The notes under the pieces: generated by a model
Databases searched by the model: none
What the model saw: the letters and a program-made list of their open reading frames with translations, nothing else
Told to the model about the DNA's origin: nothing
Position numbers and translations under genes: made by a program
Shown: piece after piece, positions 63,158 to 64,000 of the stretch
Layout of the letters: each line of letters starts with the position of its first letter
How positions within the stretch are numbered: the first letter of the stretch is position 1
Source of the DNA: Octopus sinensis
Lineage: Eukaryota
Assembly: GCF_006345805.1 (NCBI RefSeq)
Contig: NC_042999.1
Span: forward strand, 136,462,001 to 136,526,000
Direction of reading: 5' to 3'
Length of the DNA: 64,000 nucleotides

Positions 63158-64000
63158 ATAGAAGCACTACAAATTTATTAAATCATGTGTGAGCATGCAC
63201 TCCATGAATTTGGTAAAAATTGTCATTATTGTTTATGCAGTGGAGACTACTTGCGGCAAGATATTTTAAAGAAACCAAATGTTTAGTCAGAGCAGAATGG
63301 ATGAAATCTAATCCAATTGGTTAGATACAATGGATCTGCCAGCTTGAGTATAAACAAACTGATATCTATTGAAGAAATAATCTCTTATCTACTCCATTAA
63401 TATTACATATAACTCCTATTTAGTGAATATTTGAAGTAGTTAATTGAATGAAAAGCGTTAGCAATATTCTGTTAAATATACTGATTGTGCTCTTAAGACT
63501 GAACTATGTAGACAGTTTATCAATACAAGATATGAATTGGATTATTGTCAAATACACAGAAATGCACACAGATCAGTTCAGATTGTTTACTTCACAGTAA
63601 TTTTACAAATTATTGATTCAAGAAAGTTAGTTGTAAAATTTCAGCTTCGTTGATTTGAAAATTCAGCAATATAAAAACAATTATCTTTATTTATTTTGAG
63701 ATGATGTGGAGATAAATGATGCAGTTATTTATGAAAAATAAAAGAGAAAAATAGAACAGTGAAAAACTAACTGAGACCCTAATGTGTTGTTGAAGCAATG
63801 CTTAATAGCAAAAATAAAGATAACAACCAGAATTCAATTATAGATAACATTGTAAGGGGGTTTATTTTCATTTGTATCACAGAAATACATCTTTCAACCA
63901 AAATATCTTACAAAGTTGATCAAATACTCAATTTTGATCAAATTAGTTGAATTTACAGAATATTTTCTGCGTGTCTTTATTCTTAAAATGCAGTTTAACA

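Overview
AT-rich, microsatellite-dense animal genomic DNA. The SINE families, RTE (GAT)n tails and repeat landscape point to an octopus or other coleoid cephalopod (inference). Most ORFs in the supplied track are microsatellite or antisense artefacts. Supported content: (1) a young, GC-rich, 5'-truncated CR1/L2-type LINE with an open EN-RT frame (11552-14190). (2) A young RTE-clade LINE (22498-25365) with one frameshift, a C4HC3 PHD-type finger inside its RT, and a 3' UTR carrying tandem hairpin units; about a dozen short copies of this 3' end are scattered through the window. (3) Four Penelope-like GIY-YIG remnants, three of them next to type-I hammerhead-ribozyme-like motifs, plus a fourth hammerhead copy with no ORF. 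(4) Several R4/Dong-like and one CRE-like restriction-endonuclease LINE remnants. (5) An internally deleted Gypsy element with two LTRs, PBS and PPT. (6) Two mariner remnants, piggyBac-type MITEs and a 330-bp foldback element. (7) Many tRNA-derived SINEs. (8) An 18S rRNA fragment in which the alignable CpGs have decayed. No host gene can be proven, but up to five phase-compatible minus-strand exon candidates (54835 down to 9053) and the CpG decay suggest the window may lie within a large-intron gene. Alignments to known families were done from memory, not by database search.
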